From NCBI GenBank assembly GCA_046563655.1, contig JAJCTO010000017.1, forward strand, positions 62,001 through 126,000: a stretch of 64,000 nucleotides of DNA. The letters run 5' to 3'. The DNA is from Yuukianura sp. NJ FZ-2021 (Eukaryota). Below are positions 33,601 to 47,237 of the stretch, piece by piece. The notes below the pieces were generated by a model. The model was not told the origin of the DNA. It searched no databases and was given only the letters and a program-made list of their open reading frames with translations. The position numbers and the translations under genes were made by a program. Position 1 is the first letter of the stretch. The number at the start of each line of letters is the position of its first letter.

Positions 33601-36600
33601 TCACAAGCATAATTTCGGTTTGCAATTTTGACTCCTCAGATAGCCCAGAATTACTTTTTGAAGAGTATTAATGAAAAAAAATGATTTTTTGGTGAAAAAT
33701 TGAGTCTGGAACACTTCAGATGGGCTTTCACAAGCATAATTTCGGTTTGCAATTTTGACTCCTCAGATAGCCCAGAATGACTTTTTGGTGAGTTTTAAAT
33801 GAAAAAAATGGATTTTACGGAGAAAAATTGAGCTTGGAACACTTCAGATGGGCTTTCACAAGCATAATTTCGTTTTGCAATTTTGACAACTTAGATAGCC
33901 CAGAATTACTTTTTGAAGAGTATTTAATGAAAAAAAAATGATTTTTTGGTGAAAAATTGAGTCTGGAACACTTCAGATGGGCTTTCACAAGCATAATTTC
34001 GGTTTGCAGTTTTGACTCCTCAGATAGCCCAGAATGACTTTTTGGTGAGTTTTAAATGAAAAAAATGGATTTTACGGAGAAAAATTGAGCTTGGAACACT
34101 TCAGATGGGCTTTCAGAAGCATAATTTCGGTTTGCAATTTTGACTCCTCAGATAGCCCAGAATGACCTTTTGAAGAGTATTTAATGAAAAAAATGATTTT
34201 TTGGTGAAAAATTGAGTCTGGAACACTTCAGATGGGCTTTCACAAGCATAATTTCGGTTTGCAGTTTTGACTCCTCAGATAGCCCAGAATGACTTTTTGG
34301 TGAGTTTTAAATAAAAAAAAATGGATTTCTCGAAGAAAATTGAGCTTGGAACACTTCAGATGGGCTTTCACAAGCATAATTTCGTTTTGCAATTTTGACA
34401 TCTCAGATAGCCCAGAATGACTTTTTGAAGAGTATTTAATGAAAAAAATGATTTTTTGGTGAAAAATTGAGCTTGGAACACTTCAGATGGGCTTTCAGAA
34501 GCATAATTTCGGTTTGCAATTTTGACTCCTCAGATAGCCCAGAATGACCTTTTGAAGAGTATTTAATGAAAAAAATGATTTTTTGGTGAAAAATTGAGCT
34601 TGGAACACTTCAGATGGGCTTTCAGAAGCATAATTTCGGTTTGCAATTTTGACTCCTCAGATAGCCCAGAATGACCTTTTGAAGAGTATTTAATGAAAAA
34701 AATGATTTTTTGGTGAAAAATTGAGTCTGGAACACTTCAGATGGGCTTTCACAAGCATAATTTCGGTTTGCAATTTTGACTCCTCAGATAGCCCAGAATG
34801 ACTTTTTGGTGAGTTTTAAATGAAAAAAATGGATTTTTCGGAGAAAAATTGAGCTTGGAACACTTCAGATGGGCTTTCACAAGCATAATTTCGGTTTGCA
34901 ATTTTGACTCCTCAGATAGCCCAGAATGACTTTTTGGTGAGTTTTAAATGAAAAAAAAATGGATTTTTCAGAGAAAAATTTAGCTTGGAACACTTCAGAT
35001 TGGCTTTCACAAGCATAATTTGGGTTTGCAATTTTCACTCCTCAGATAGCCCTGAATGACTTTTTTGTGAGTTTTAAATGAAAAAAAAAATGGATTTTTC
35101 GGAGAAAAATTGAGCTTGGAACACTTCAGATGGGCTTTCAGAAGCATAATTTCGGTTTGCAATTTTGACTCCTCAGATAGCCCAGAATGACCTTTTTGTG
35201 AGTTTTAAATGAAAAAAATGGATTTTTCGGAGAAAAATTGAGCTTGGAACACTTCAGATGGGCTTTCACAAGCATAATTTCGTTTTGCAATTTTGACATC
35301 TCAGATAGCCCAGAATGACATTTTGAAGAGTATTTAATGAAAAAAAATGATTTTTTGGTGAAAAATTGAGTCTGGAACACTTCAGATGGGCTTTTACAAG
35401 CATAATTTCGGTTTGCAGTTTTGACTCCTCAGATAGCCCAGAATGACTTTTTGGTGAGTTTTAAATGAAAAAAAAATGGATTTTTCGGAGAAAAAGTGAA
35501 CGTGGAACACTTCAGATGGGCTTTCACAAGCATAATTTCGTTTTGCAATTTTGACATCTCAGATAGCTCAGAATTACTTTTTGAAGAGTATTTAATGAAA
35601 AAAATGATTTTTTGGTGAAAAATTGAGTCTGGAACACTTCAGATGGGCTTTCACAAGCATAATTTCGGTTTGCAATTTTGACTCCTCAGATAGCCCAGAA
35701 TGACTTTTTGGTGAGTTTTAAATGAAAAAAATGGATTTTACGGAGCAAAATTGAGCTTGGAACACTTCAGATGGGCTTTCAGAAGCATAATTTCGGTTTG
35801 CAATTTTGACTCCTCAGATAGCCCAGAATGACTTTTTGGTGAGTTTTAAATGAAAAAAATGGATTTTTCCGAGAAAAATTTAGCTTGGAACACTTCAGAT
35901 TGGCTTTCACAAGCATAATTTCGGTTTGCAATTTTGACTCCTCAGATAGCCCTGAATGACTTTTTTGTGAGTTTTAAATGAAAAAAAAATGGATTTTTCG
36001 GAGAAAAATTGAGCTTGGAACACTTCAGATGGGCTTTCAGAAGCATAACTTCGGTTTGCAATTTTGACTCCTCAGATAGCCCAGAATGACTTTTTGAAGA
36101 GTATTTAATGAAAAAAATGATTTTTTGGTGAAAAATTGAGTCTGGAACACTTCAGATGGGCTTTCACAAGCATAATTTCGGTTTGCAGTTTTGACTCCTC
36201 AGATAGCCCAGAATGACTTTTGGTGAGTTTTAAATGAAAAAAATGGATTTTACGGAGAAAAATTGAGCTTGGAACACTTCAGATGGGCTTTCAGAAGCAT
36301 AATTTCGGTTTGCAATTTTGACTCCTCAGATAGCCCAGAATGACCTTTTGAAGAGTATTTAATGAAAAAAATGATTTTTTGGTGAAAAATTGAGTCTGGA
36401 ACACTTCAGATGGGCTTTCACAAGCATAATTTCGGTTTGCAGTTTTGACTCCTCAGATAGCCCAGAATGACTTTTTGGTGAGTTTTAAATGAAAAAAATG
36501 GATTTTTCGGAGAAAAAGTGAGCGTGGAACACTTCAGATGGGCTTTCACAAGCATAATTTCGTTTTGCAATTTTGACATCTCAGATAGCTCAGAATTACT

Positions 36601-39600
36601 TTTTGAAGAGTATTTAATGAAAAAAATGATTTTTTGGTGAAAAATTGAGTCTGGAACACTTCAGATGGGCTTTCACAAGCATAATTTCGGTTTGCAATTT
36701 TGACTCCTCAGATAGCCCAGAATGACTTTTTGGTGAGTTTTAAATGAAAAAAATGGATTTTACGGAGAAAAATTGAGCTTGGAACACTTCAGATGGGCTT
36801 TCAGAAGCATAATTTCGGTTTGCAATTTTGACTCCTCAGATAGCCCAGAATGACTTTTTGGTGAGTTTTAAATGAAAAAAAAAATGGATTTTTCAGAGAA
36901 AAATTTAGCTTGGAACACTTCAGATTGGCTTTCACAAGCATAATTTTGGTTTGCAATTTTCACTCCTCAGATAGCCCTGAATGACTTTTTTGTGAGTTTT
37001 AAATGAAAAAAAATGGATTTTTCGGATAAAAATTGAGCTTGGAACACTTCAGATGGGCTTTCAGAAGCATAATTTCGGTTTGCAATTTTGACTCCTCAGA
37101 TAGCCCAGAATGACTTTTTGGTGAGTTTTAAATGAAAAAAATGGATTTTTCGGAGAAAAATTTAGCTTGGAACACTTCAGATTGGCTTTCACAAGCATAA
37201 TTTTGGTTTGCAATTTTCACTCCTCAGATAGCCCAGAATGACTTTTTTGTGAGTTTTAAATGAAAAAAATGGATTTTTCGGATAAAAATTGAGCTTGGAA
37301 CACTTCAGATGGGCTTTCAGAAGCATAATTTCGGTTTGCAATTTTGACTCCTCAGATAGCCCAGAATGACTTTTTTGTGAGTTTTAAATGAAAAAAAATG
37401 GATTTTTCGGAGAAAAATTGAGCTTGGAACACTTCAGATGGGCTTTCACAAGCATAATTTCGTTTTGCAATTTTGACATCTCAGATAGCCCAGAATGACT
37501 TTTTGAAAAGTATTTAATGAAAAAAATGATTTTTTTGGTGAAAAATTGAGTCTGGAACACTTCAGATGGGCTTTCACAAGCATAATTTCGGTTTGCAGTT
37601 TTGACTCCTCAGATAGCCCAGAATGACTTTTTGGTGAGTTTTAAATGAAAAAAAAATGGATTTTTCGGAGAAAAAGTGAGCGTGGAACACTTCAGATGGG
37701 CTTTCACAAGCATAATTTCGTTTTGCAATTTTGACATCTCAGATAGCTCAGAATTACTTTTTGAAGAGTATTTAATGAAAAAAATGATTTTTTGGTGAAA
37801 AATTGAGTCTGGAACACTTCAGATGGGCTTTCACAAGCATAATTTCGGTTTGCAGTTTTGACTCCTCAGATAGCCCAGAATGACTTTTTGGTGAGTTTTA
37901 AATGAAAAAAATGGATTTTACGGAGAAAAATTGAGCTTGGAACACTTCATATGGGCTTTCAGAAGCATAATTTCGGTTTGCAATTTTGACTCCTCAGATA
38001 GCCCAGAATGACTTTTTGGTGAGTTTTAAATGAAAAAAAAATGGATTTTTCAGAGAAAAATTTAGCTTGGAACACTTCAGATTGGCTTTCACAAGCATAA
38101 TTTTGGTTTGCAATTTTGACTCCTCAGATAGCCCTGAATGACTTTTTTGTGAGTTTTAAATGAAAAAAAATGGATTTTTCGGAGAAAATTGAGCTTGGAA
38201 CACTTCAGATGGGCTTTCAGAAGCATAATTTCGGTTTGCAATTTTGACTCCTCAGATAGCCCAGAATGACTTTTTGAAGAGTATTTAATGAAAAAAATGA
38301 TTTTTTGGTGAAAAATTGAGTCTGGAACACTTCAGATGGGCTTTCACAAGCATAATTTCGGTTTGCAGTTTTGACTCCTCAGATAGCCCAGAATGACTTT
38401 TTGGTGAGTTTTAAATGAAAAAAATGGATTTTACGGAGAAAAATTGAGCTTGGAACACTTCAGACGGGCTTTCAGAAGCATAATTTCGGTTTGCAATTTT
38501 GACTCCTCAGATAGCCCAGAATGACCTTTTGAAGAGTATTTAATGAAAAAAATGATTTTTTGGTGAAAAATTGAGTCTGGAACACTTCAGATGGGCTTTC
38601 ACAAGCATTATTTCGGTTTGCAATTTTGACTCCTCAGATAGCCCAGAATGACTTTTTGGTGAGTTTTAAATGAAAAAAATGGATTTTTCGGAGAAAAATT
38701 GAGCTTGGAACACTTCAGATGGGCTTTCACAAGCATAATTTCGGTTTGCAATTTTCACTCCTCAGATAGCCCAGAATGACTTTTTGGTGAGTTCTAAATG
38801 AAAAAAAAATGGATTTTTCAGAGAAAAATTTAGCTTGGAACACTTCAGATTGGCTTTCACAAGCATAATTTGGGTTTGCAATTTTCACTCCTCAGATAGC
38901 CCTGACTGACTTTTTGTGAGTTTTAAATGAAAAAATGGATTTTTCGGAGAAAAATTGAGCTTGGAACACTTCAGATGGGCTTTCAGAAGCATAATTTCGG
39001 TTTGCAATTTTGACTCCTCAGATAGTCCAGAATGACCTTTTCGTGAGTTTTAAATGAAAAAAAATGGATTTTTCGGAGAAAAATTGAGCTTGGAACACTT
39101 CAGATGGGCTTTCACAAGCATAATTTCGTTTTGCAATTTTGACATCTCAGATAGCCCAGAATGACTTTTTGAAGAGTATTTAATGAAAAAAAATGATTTT
39201 TTGGTGAAAAATTGAGTCTGGAACACTTCAGATGGGCTTTCACAAGCATAATTTCGGTTTGCAGTTTTGACTCCTCAGATAGCCCAGAATGACTTTTTGG
39301 TGAGTTTTAAATGAAAAAAATGGATTTTACGGAGAAAAATTGAGCTTGGAACACTTCAGATGGGCTTTCAGAAGCATAATTTCGGTTTGCAGTTTTGACT
39401 CCTCAGATAGCCCAGAATGACTTTTTGGTGAGTTTTAAATGAAAAACAATGGATTTTTCGGAGAAAAATTTAGCTTGGAACACTTCAGATGGGCTTTCAG
39501 AAGCATAATTTCGGTTTGCAATTTTGACTCCTCAGATAGCCCAGAATGACCTTTTTGTGAGTTTTAAATGAAAAAAAAATGGATTTTTCGGAGAAAAATT

Positions 39601-40602
39601 GAGCTTGGAACACTTCAGATGGGCTTTCACAAGCATAATTTCGTTTTGCAATTTTGACATCTCAGATAGCCCAGAATGACTTTTTGAAGAGTATTTAATG
39701 AAAAAAATGATTTTTTGGTGAAAAATTGAGTCTGGAACACTTCAGATGGGCTTTCACAAGCATAATTTCGGTTTGCAGTTTTGACTCCTCAGATAGCCCA
39801 GAATGACTTTTTGGTGAGTTTTAAATGAAAAAAATGGATTTTACGGAGAAAAATTGAGCTTGGAACACTTCAGATGGGCTTTCAGAAGCATAATTTCGGT
39901 TTGCAATTTTGACTCCTCAGATAGCCCAGAATGACTTTTTGGTGAGTTTTAAATGAAAAAAAAATGGATTTTTCAGAAAAAATTTAGCTTGGAACACTTC
40001 AGATTGGCTTTCACAAGCATAATTTTGGTTTGCAATTTTCACTCCTCAGATAGCCCTGAATGACTTTTTTGTGAGTTTTAAATGAAAAAAAAATGGATTT
40101 TTCGGAGAAAAATTGAGCTTGGAACACTTCAGATGGGCTTTCAGAAGCATAATTTCGGTTTGCAATTTTGACTCCTCAGATAGCCCAGAATGACCTTTTT
40201 GTGAGTTTTAAATGAAAAAAAAAATGGATTTTTCGGAGAAAAATTGAGCTTGGAACACTTCAGATGGGTCTTTCACAAGCATAATTTCGTTTTGCAATTT
40301 TGACATCTCAGATAGCCCAGAATGACTTTTTGAAGAGTATTTAATGAAAAAAATGATTTTTTGGTGAAAAATTGAGTCTGGAACACTTCAGATGGGCTTT
40401 CACAAGCATAATTTCGGTTTGCAGTTTTGACTCCTCAGATAGCCCAGAATGACTTTTTGGTAAGTTTTAAATGAAAAAAAAAATGGATTTTTCGGAGAAA
40501 AAGTGAGCGTGGAACACTTCAGATGGGCTTTCACAAGCATAATTTCGTTTTGCAATTTTGACATCTCAGATAGCCCAGAATTCCTTTTTGAAGAGTATTT
40601 AA
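27628..40602. repeat. 128-bp satellite array (continued)
   Basis: About 101 monomers, same orientation. Confidence 0.98.
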
Positions 40603-41679
40603 CCTCTTGAGTACCGGTTTCAATTTTAGTGTTGCTCTTTTTGTTCAACTTTTTTCTAAAATGGTATCCATGGAGAGGTGCAATAATAGATTTTTAGGAT
40701 CACGCCAATTTCCACCACTTAAAAATTCGCAAAATTCTCCTGAGACCAAGTTATTTTTTTAAAATTATTTAGACGAAAAAAATCATAAATTACTAGAATT
40801 TATTCGTAAACTAAAAACTGAATGATATGGAATGTATAGAAATAAAATTATTAAAAGCCAGTGCCCACATGGATGTCTCTTAGAGTCCGGAGCACACGTG
40901 TGCACGAACCAAAAACCCGACCCAACGGGAGCGAACCGAACCGAAACGATCCAATCGAACCGGATTGGTTCGGTTCGCTAGTGTTTTTTTGGATCGGTTC
41001 GCATCGCGGTTCGGCTTTCCGTTTTTGTTGGGTCGGTTCGGTTGGCTCGGCGAACCACGTAAGTTCGGCTTTCCGTTTTTGTTGGGTCGGTTCGGCTGGC
41101 TCGGCGAACCACGTAAAGCGTGATTCTTTCAGTTCGGCGAACGAACCGCATGTCAGGTTTGCAGTCGTTCAATTCCGGAACAAAACGGAACCGATACGAA
41201 TGCCATAAATTACAATAAATATATAAATATATAATAAATATATAATAAACAATAATAAAATATCGTGGCATAATAAATAATCAGAACCGTACCGTTTCGT
41301 GGAAATGAAACATTATCGTAATGCACAAACAAGTTAATTACTATAATTAACGTTTTTGCTTGTAATACTTGTTAGTGTATCAAAATACCGTTTCATTTCG
41401 ATGAAACGGTACATTTTTGTGAATACGTTACTTACTGAAGGTTATTTGTAATTGCGTTCACTCACTTGATAGTGTATCAAAATACCGTTTCATTTCGATG
41501 AAACGGTACGGTTCTAATGATGATTTATTATGTCGTGATATTTTATTCATATTTTTATTGTAACTCAAATAACATAACATTGCGTTTTGTTCCGGCATTA
41601 ACGGCTGCGAACCTGACACGAAGCTTTTTTTTTCGCACAAACACGGCACAGTGTCTCCCTCCTTCTCAGAGAAAATGTT

Positions 41680-42400
41680 ACCGGTTTCTGTACCCTGTAT
41701 CATATTTCGATAATTTTGATTAGTTTTTATCGATTTCGTTACCCTGTGAGATATTTCGATAATTTTTATTAGTTTTTACTGATTTCGTTATCTTTTCTTA
41801 ACTTCCGATAATTCGTAATAATTTTTACCGGTTTCTGTACCCTGTATCATATTTCGATAATTTTGATTAGTTTTTATCGATTTCGTTACCCTGTGAGATA
41901 TTTCGATAATTTTTATTAGTTTTTACTGATTTCGTTATCTTTTCTTAACTTCCGATAATTCGTAATAATTTTTACCGGTTTCTGTACCCTGTATCATATT
42001 TCGATAATTTTGATTAGTTTTTATCGATTTCGTTACCCTGTGAGATATTTCGATAATTTTTATTAGTTTTTACTGATTTCGTTATCTTTTCTTAACTTCC
42101 GATAATTCGTAATAATTTTTACCGGTTTCTGTACCCTGTATCATAGTTCGATAATTTTAATTAGGTTTTCCCGATTTCGTTACCCTCTAAAATATTTCGA
42201 ATATTTTAATTTGTTTTAACCGATCTCGTTACCCTCTGCTAAAATCCGATAATTCTTATTAGTTTCCACCGGGTTTTGTACCATGTATCATAATTCCGAT
42301 AATTACTTTCACGTTTACCGGTTTCTGAACCGGGTGTCATATTTTTGCAAAGTATTACCGGGTTGTGTTCCCGGCGTTGGTCCGATAATTCCCATTAGTT
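41680..42400. repeat. 49-bp minisatellite with 147-bp (3x49) higher-order unit inside piggyBac copy 1
   Basis: CCGGTTTCTGTACC at 41681, 41828, 41975, 42122; CGATAATT every 49 bp. Confidence 0.93.
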
Positions 42401-42424
42401 TTTACGTGGTTTATGTATCTGAGC

Positions 42425-43614
42425 TCACCTTTCAATTAGCATGCCATCGTTGGTAAAGGTTTCGACGTAGCCCTTCTTGAGCTTTTTGGTCATTAGCTTT
42501 TTGACGTCACCAGAACGTTTCTTTTGAATTGTCCCCAGGTAGTATGTTTTCCGAGCGGCGAGATACTTTACCAAACCAGGAGAAGAGAACCAGTTATCGG
42601 CGATAATCGTGTGACCCTTCTCAAAGTATCCGTTTTCCAATAGGCTGACTATGGTTGACCCGCCAATGCCGAACGCAGATGTCACTGGGTTTCGCGGAAA
42701 CCCCTTTCCTTGATAAGGGATAAGACCGATGACTGCTTTGGTTTCGCAGTCCACCAAAACAAAAAACTTTACACCAAATCGTGCTCGTTTTGTTGGAATA
42801 TATTGCTTTATGGACAGGCGCCCCTTGAAAGGCATCAAAGACTCGTCGATACAGAGAAATTCTGACGGCTTCACAAACCTTCTAAATCGAGATAGGAAGT
42901 GGTCCAGGACAGATCCCAGTTTGACAAATCTGTTCGTGTTGTTTGGTAAAATTGTCCTCTGATTGACAAAATGAAGACTTCTGAGGATATCTAGATATCG
43001 AGATCTGGACATTGTTTTGCCAAAAATGGGTGTAGCCAAAAGTTCGTCTCGCTTCCAGTAGTCTTTTAGATCTGCCTTTTTTACAATTCCCATCAAAGAC
43101 GATAAGGCCATGAATTTCCAGGTTACGGTGAGTATAAGTTACGGTGAAAAGTCCCAAGATTTTTCTGGAATGGTTCCACTTTCGGATCAAAGGTCAATCC
43201 ATTTTGCCAATTCGAGATAGTGACTCTCTGCCGCCGAAGAGGTGGTGGTCTTCGAAGTGGTAGCACTGGTTTACGCTTCCTGATTCTTGTAATTGGCGAT
43301 AACCCATCCACAAGATCTTGTGGATTTTGTGAATCGTCTTCGTTTTCCAGTTCAACGTTAGAATCATTTGGTGAGTCAATCTCTTCATAAATGTCGCCGG
43401 AAGACTGTTCGTCGTCTGCGGAAGAACTTTCAGTGTCCGAATCTTCAGTGTCACTTGTGTCCTCGTTGCCTGAGTTGTCCGACATGGGATTGAGTATATC
43501 CTCTCCGTCTTCATTATCTAATAAAAACATATTGTCATAATTTTCGGGAAAGAATTCGTACTTACATAGTATTCTTGAATAACTCACCAGAATCCATTTT
43601 GAAAAATCGTTCAA
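42425..43614 (-). pseudogene. piggyBac transposase fragments, copy 1 (acidic N-terminus 43123-43614; core 42425-43111)
   Basis: MSRSRY..I..SLHF, IDESLM.FKGR, KQYIPTK..RFGVKFF, ADNWFSS, GTIQ. The third catalytic Asp is absent and the frame ends at an AG|GTGAG donor-like site. Confidence 0.88.
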
Positions 43615-43765
43615 ATCCTTTGGACACAGATTATCACTCCTCGATTACTTTTGATTACATAAAAATGTGAGGCAATATGCTTATTCTAGTTCTTCTTTAG
43701 TTAAGAATGTTTTCAGGAATTCAAAACTGGAGAAAAAAGAAACTCCCGCAAAAGCAAAGCCAAAA

Positions 43766-43947
43766 GCCGATATTTCGGTCGATGGTCTCCTGAGCTTTTT
43801 TTCAAAAGCCGATATTTCGGCTCTTGGGCTCAGGAGACTGCAAAACTTTGCCGAAATATCGGCTTTTGGTCTAGTGAGCAAAAATAAACAAACCGAAATA
43901 TCGGTTCTCGGGCTACCAAGGGAAACAAACAAAGCCGATATTTCGGC
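43766..43947. repeat. Five subterminal quasi-palindromes GCCGA(TATT/AATA)TCGGC at 42-bp spacing
   Basis: Starts at 43766, 43808, 43850, 43892, 43934. Confidence 0.9.
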
Positions 43948-43964
43948 TTTCGGTACTCAAGAGG

Positions 43965-45513
43965 TTAATGAAAAAAATGATTTTTTGGTGAAAAATTGAG
44001 TCTGGAACACTTCAGATGGGCTTTCACAAGCATAATTTCGGTTTGCAGTTTTGACTCCTCAGATAGCCCAGAATGACTTTTTGGTGAGTTTTAAATGAAA
44101 AAAATGGATTTTACGGAGAAAAATTGAGCTTGGAACACTTCAGATGGGCTTTCAGAAGCATAATTTCGGTTTGCAATTTTGACTCCTCAGATAGCCCAGA
44201 ATGACTTTTTGGTGAGTTTTAAATGAAAAAAATGGATTTTTCAGAGAAAAATTTAGCTTGGAACACTTCAGATTGGCTTTCACAAGCATAATTTTGGTTT
44301 GCAATTTTCACTCCTCAGATAGCCCTGAATGACTTTTTTGTGAGTTTTAAATGAAAAAAAAATGGATTTTTCGGAGAAAAATTGAGCTTGGAACACTTCA
44401 CATGGGCTTTCAGAAGCATAATTTCGGTTTGCAATTTTGACTCCTCAGATAGCCCAGAATGACCTTTTTGTGAGTTTTAAATGAAAAAAAAATGGATTTT
44501 TCGGAGAAACATTGAGCTTGGAACACTTCAGATGGGCTTTCACAAGCATAATTTCGTTTTGCAATTTTGACATCTCAGATAGCCCAGAATGACTTTTTGA
44601 AGAGTATTTAATGAAAAAAATGATTTTTTGGTGAAAAATTGAGTCTGGAACACTTCAGATGGGCTTTCACAAGCATAATTTCGGTTTGCAGTTTTGACTC
44701 CTCAGATAGCCCAGAATGACTTTTTGGTGAGTTTTAAATGAAAAAAATGGATTTTACGGAGAAAAATTGAGCTTGGAACACTTCAGATGGGCTTTCAGAA
44801 GCATAATTTCGGTTTGCAATTTTGACTCCTCAGATAGCCCAGAATGACTTTTTGGTGAGTTTGAAATGAAAAAAAAATGGATTTTTCAGAAAAAAATTTA
44901 GCTTGGAACACTTCAGATTGGCTTTCACAAGCATAATTTTGGTTTGCAATTTTCACTCCTCAGATAGCCCTGAATGACTTTTTTGTGAGTTTTAAATGAA
45001 AAAAATGGATTTTTCGGAGAAAAATTGAGCTTGGAACACTTCAGATGGGCTTTCAGAAGCATAATTTCGGTTTGCAATTTTGACTCCTCAGATAGCCCAG
45101 AATGACCTTTTTGTGAGTTTTAAATGAAAAAAAAATGGATTTTTCGGAGAAAAATTGAGCTTGGAACACTTCAGATGGGTCTTTCACAAGCATAATTTCG
45201 TTTTGCAATTTTGACATCTCAGATAGCCCAGAATGACTTTTTGAAGAGTATTTAATGAAAAAAATGATTTTTTGGTGAAAAATTGAGTCTGGAACACTTC
45301 AGATGGGCTTTCACAAGCATAATTTCGGTTTGCAGTTTTGACTCCTCAGATAGCCCAGAATGACTTTTTGGTAAGTTTTAAATGAAAAAAAAAATGGATT
45401 TTTCGGAGAAAAAGTGAGCGTGGAACACTTCAGATGGGCTTTCACAAGCATAATTTCGTTTTGCAATTTTGACATCTCAGATAGCCCAGAATTACTTTTT
45501 GAAGAGTATTTAA
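43965..45513. repeat. 128-bp satellite (12 monomers) between the piggyBac copies
   Basis: Same monomer and orientation. Confidence 0.97.
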
Positions 45514-46493
45514 CCTCTTGAGTACCGGTTTCAATTTTAGTGTTGCTCTTTTTGTTCAACTTTTTCTAAAATGGTATCCATGGAGAGGTGCAATAATAGA
45601 TTTTTAGGATCACGCCAATTTCCACCACTTAAAAATTCGCAAAATTCTCCTGAGACCAAGTTATTTTTTTAAAATTATTTAGACGAAAAAAATCATAAAT
45701 TACTAGAATTTATTCGTAAACTAAAAACTGAATGATATGGAATGTATAGAAATAAAATTATTAAAAGCCAGTGCCCACATGGATGTCTCTTAGAGTCCGG
45801 AGCACACGTGTGCACGAACCAAAAACCCGACCCAACGGGAGCGAACCGAACCGAAACGATCCAATCGAACCGGATTGGTTCGGTTCGCTAGTGTTTTTTG
45901 GATCGGTTCGCATCGCGGTTCGGCTTTCCGTTTTTGTTGGGTCGGTTCGGTTGGCTCGGCGAACCACGTAAGTTCGGCTTTCCGTTTTTGTTGGGTCGGT
46001 TCGGCTGGCTCGGCGAACCACGTAAAGCGTGATTCTTTCAGTTCGGCGAACGAACCGCATGTCAGGTTTGCAGTCGTTCAATTCCGGAACAAAACGGAAC
46101 CGATACGAATGCCATAAATTACAATAAATATATAAATATATAATAAATATATAATAAACAATAATAAAATATCGTGGCATAATAAATAATCAGAACCGTA
46201 CCGTTTCGTGGAAATGAAACATTATCGTAATGCACAAACAAGTTAATTACTATAATTAACGTTTTTGCTTGTAATACTTGTTAGTGTATCAAAATACCGT
46301 TTCATTTCGATGAAACGGTACGGTTCTAATGATGATTTATTATGTCGTGATATTTTATTCATATTTTTATTGTAACTCAAATAACATAACATTCCGTTTT
46401 GTTCCGGCATTGAACGGCTGCGAACCTGACACGAAGCTTTTTTTTTCGCACAAACACGGCACAGTGTCTCCCTCCCTTCTCAGAGAAAATGTT

Positions 46494-47210
46494 ACCGGTT
46501 TCTGTACCCTGTATCATATTTCGATAATTTTGATTAGTTTTTATCGATTTCGTTACCCTGTGAGATATTTCGATAATTTTTATTAGTTTTTACTGATTTC
46601 GTTATCTTTTCTTAACTTCCGATAATTCGTAATAATTTTTACCGGTTTCTGTACCCTGTATCATATTTCGATAATTTTGATTAGTTTTTATCGATTTCGT
46701 TACCCTGTGAGATATTTCGATAATTTTTATTAGTTTTTACTGATTTCGTTATCTTTTCTTAACTTCCGATAATTCGTAATAATTTTTACCGGTTTCTGTA
46801 CCCTGTATCATATTTCGATAATTTTGATTAGTTTTTATCGATTTCGTTACCCTGTGAGATATTTCGATAATTTTTATTAGTTTTTACTGATTTCGTTATC
46901 TTTTCTTAACTTCCGATAATTCGTAATAATTTTTACCGGTTTCTGTACCCTGTATCATAGTTCGATAATTTTAATTAGGTTTTCCCGATTTCGTTACCCT
47001 CTAAAATATTTCGAATATTTTAATTTGTTTTAACCGATCTCGTTACCCTCTGCTAAAATCCGATAATTCTTATTAGTTTCCACCGGGTTTTGTACCATGT
47101 ATCATAATTCCGATAATTACTTTCACGTTTACCGGTTTCTGAACCGGGTGTCATATTTTGCAAAGTATTACCGGGTTGTGTTCCCGGCGTTGGTCCGATA
47201 ATTCCCATTA
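46494..47210. repeat. 49/147-bp minisatellite inside piggyBac copy 2
   Basis: Same array as 41680-42400. Confidence 0.9.
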
Positions 47211-47237
47211 GTTTTTACGTGGTTTATGTATCTGAGC

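Larger units (their letters stand above)
40603..43964 (-). mobile_element. piggyBac DNA transposon, defective, copy 1
   Basis: TTAA TSD (40599-40602 and 43965-43968), 14-bp TIR CCTCTTGAGTACCG/CGGTACTCAAGAGG, transposase fragments. Confidence 0.95.

Noticed and set aside
2264..40648. Many short minus-strand ORFs (MFQTQFFTKKS..., MLVKAHLKCS...)
   Set aside because: They are chance translations of the 128-bp satellite; their length depends on A-run slippage.
40861..41723. Short ORFs in the piggyBac internal region and 43667-43999
   Set aside because: They are translations of repeats and palindromes with no recognisable domain.
43766..43947. Palindrome plus unique-spacer array as a mini-CRISPR
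   Set aside because: The repeats are only 14 bp, switch orientation and abut a piggyBac TIR. Transposase binding sites explain them better.
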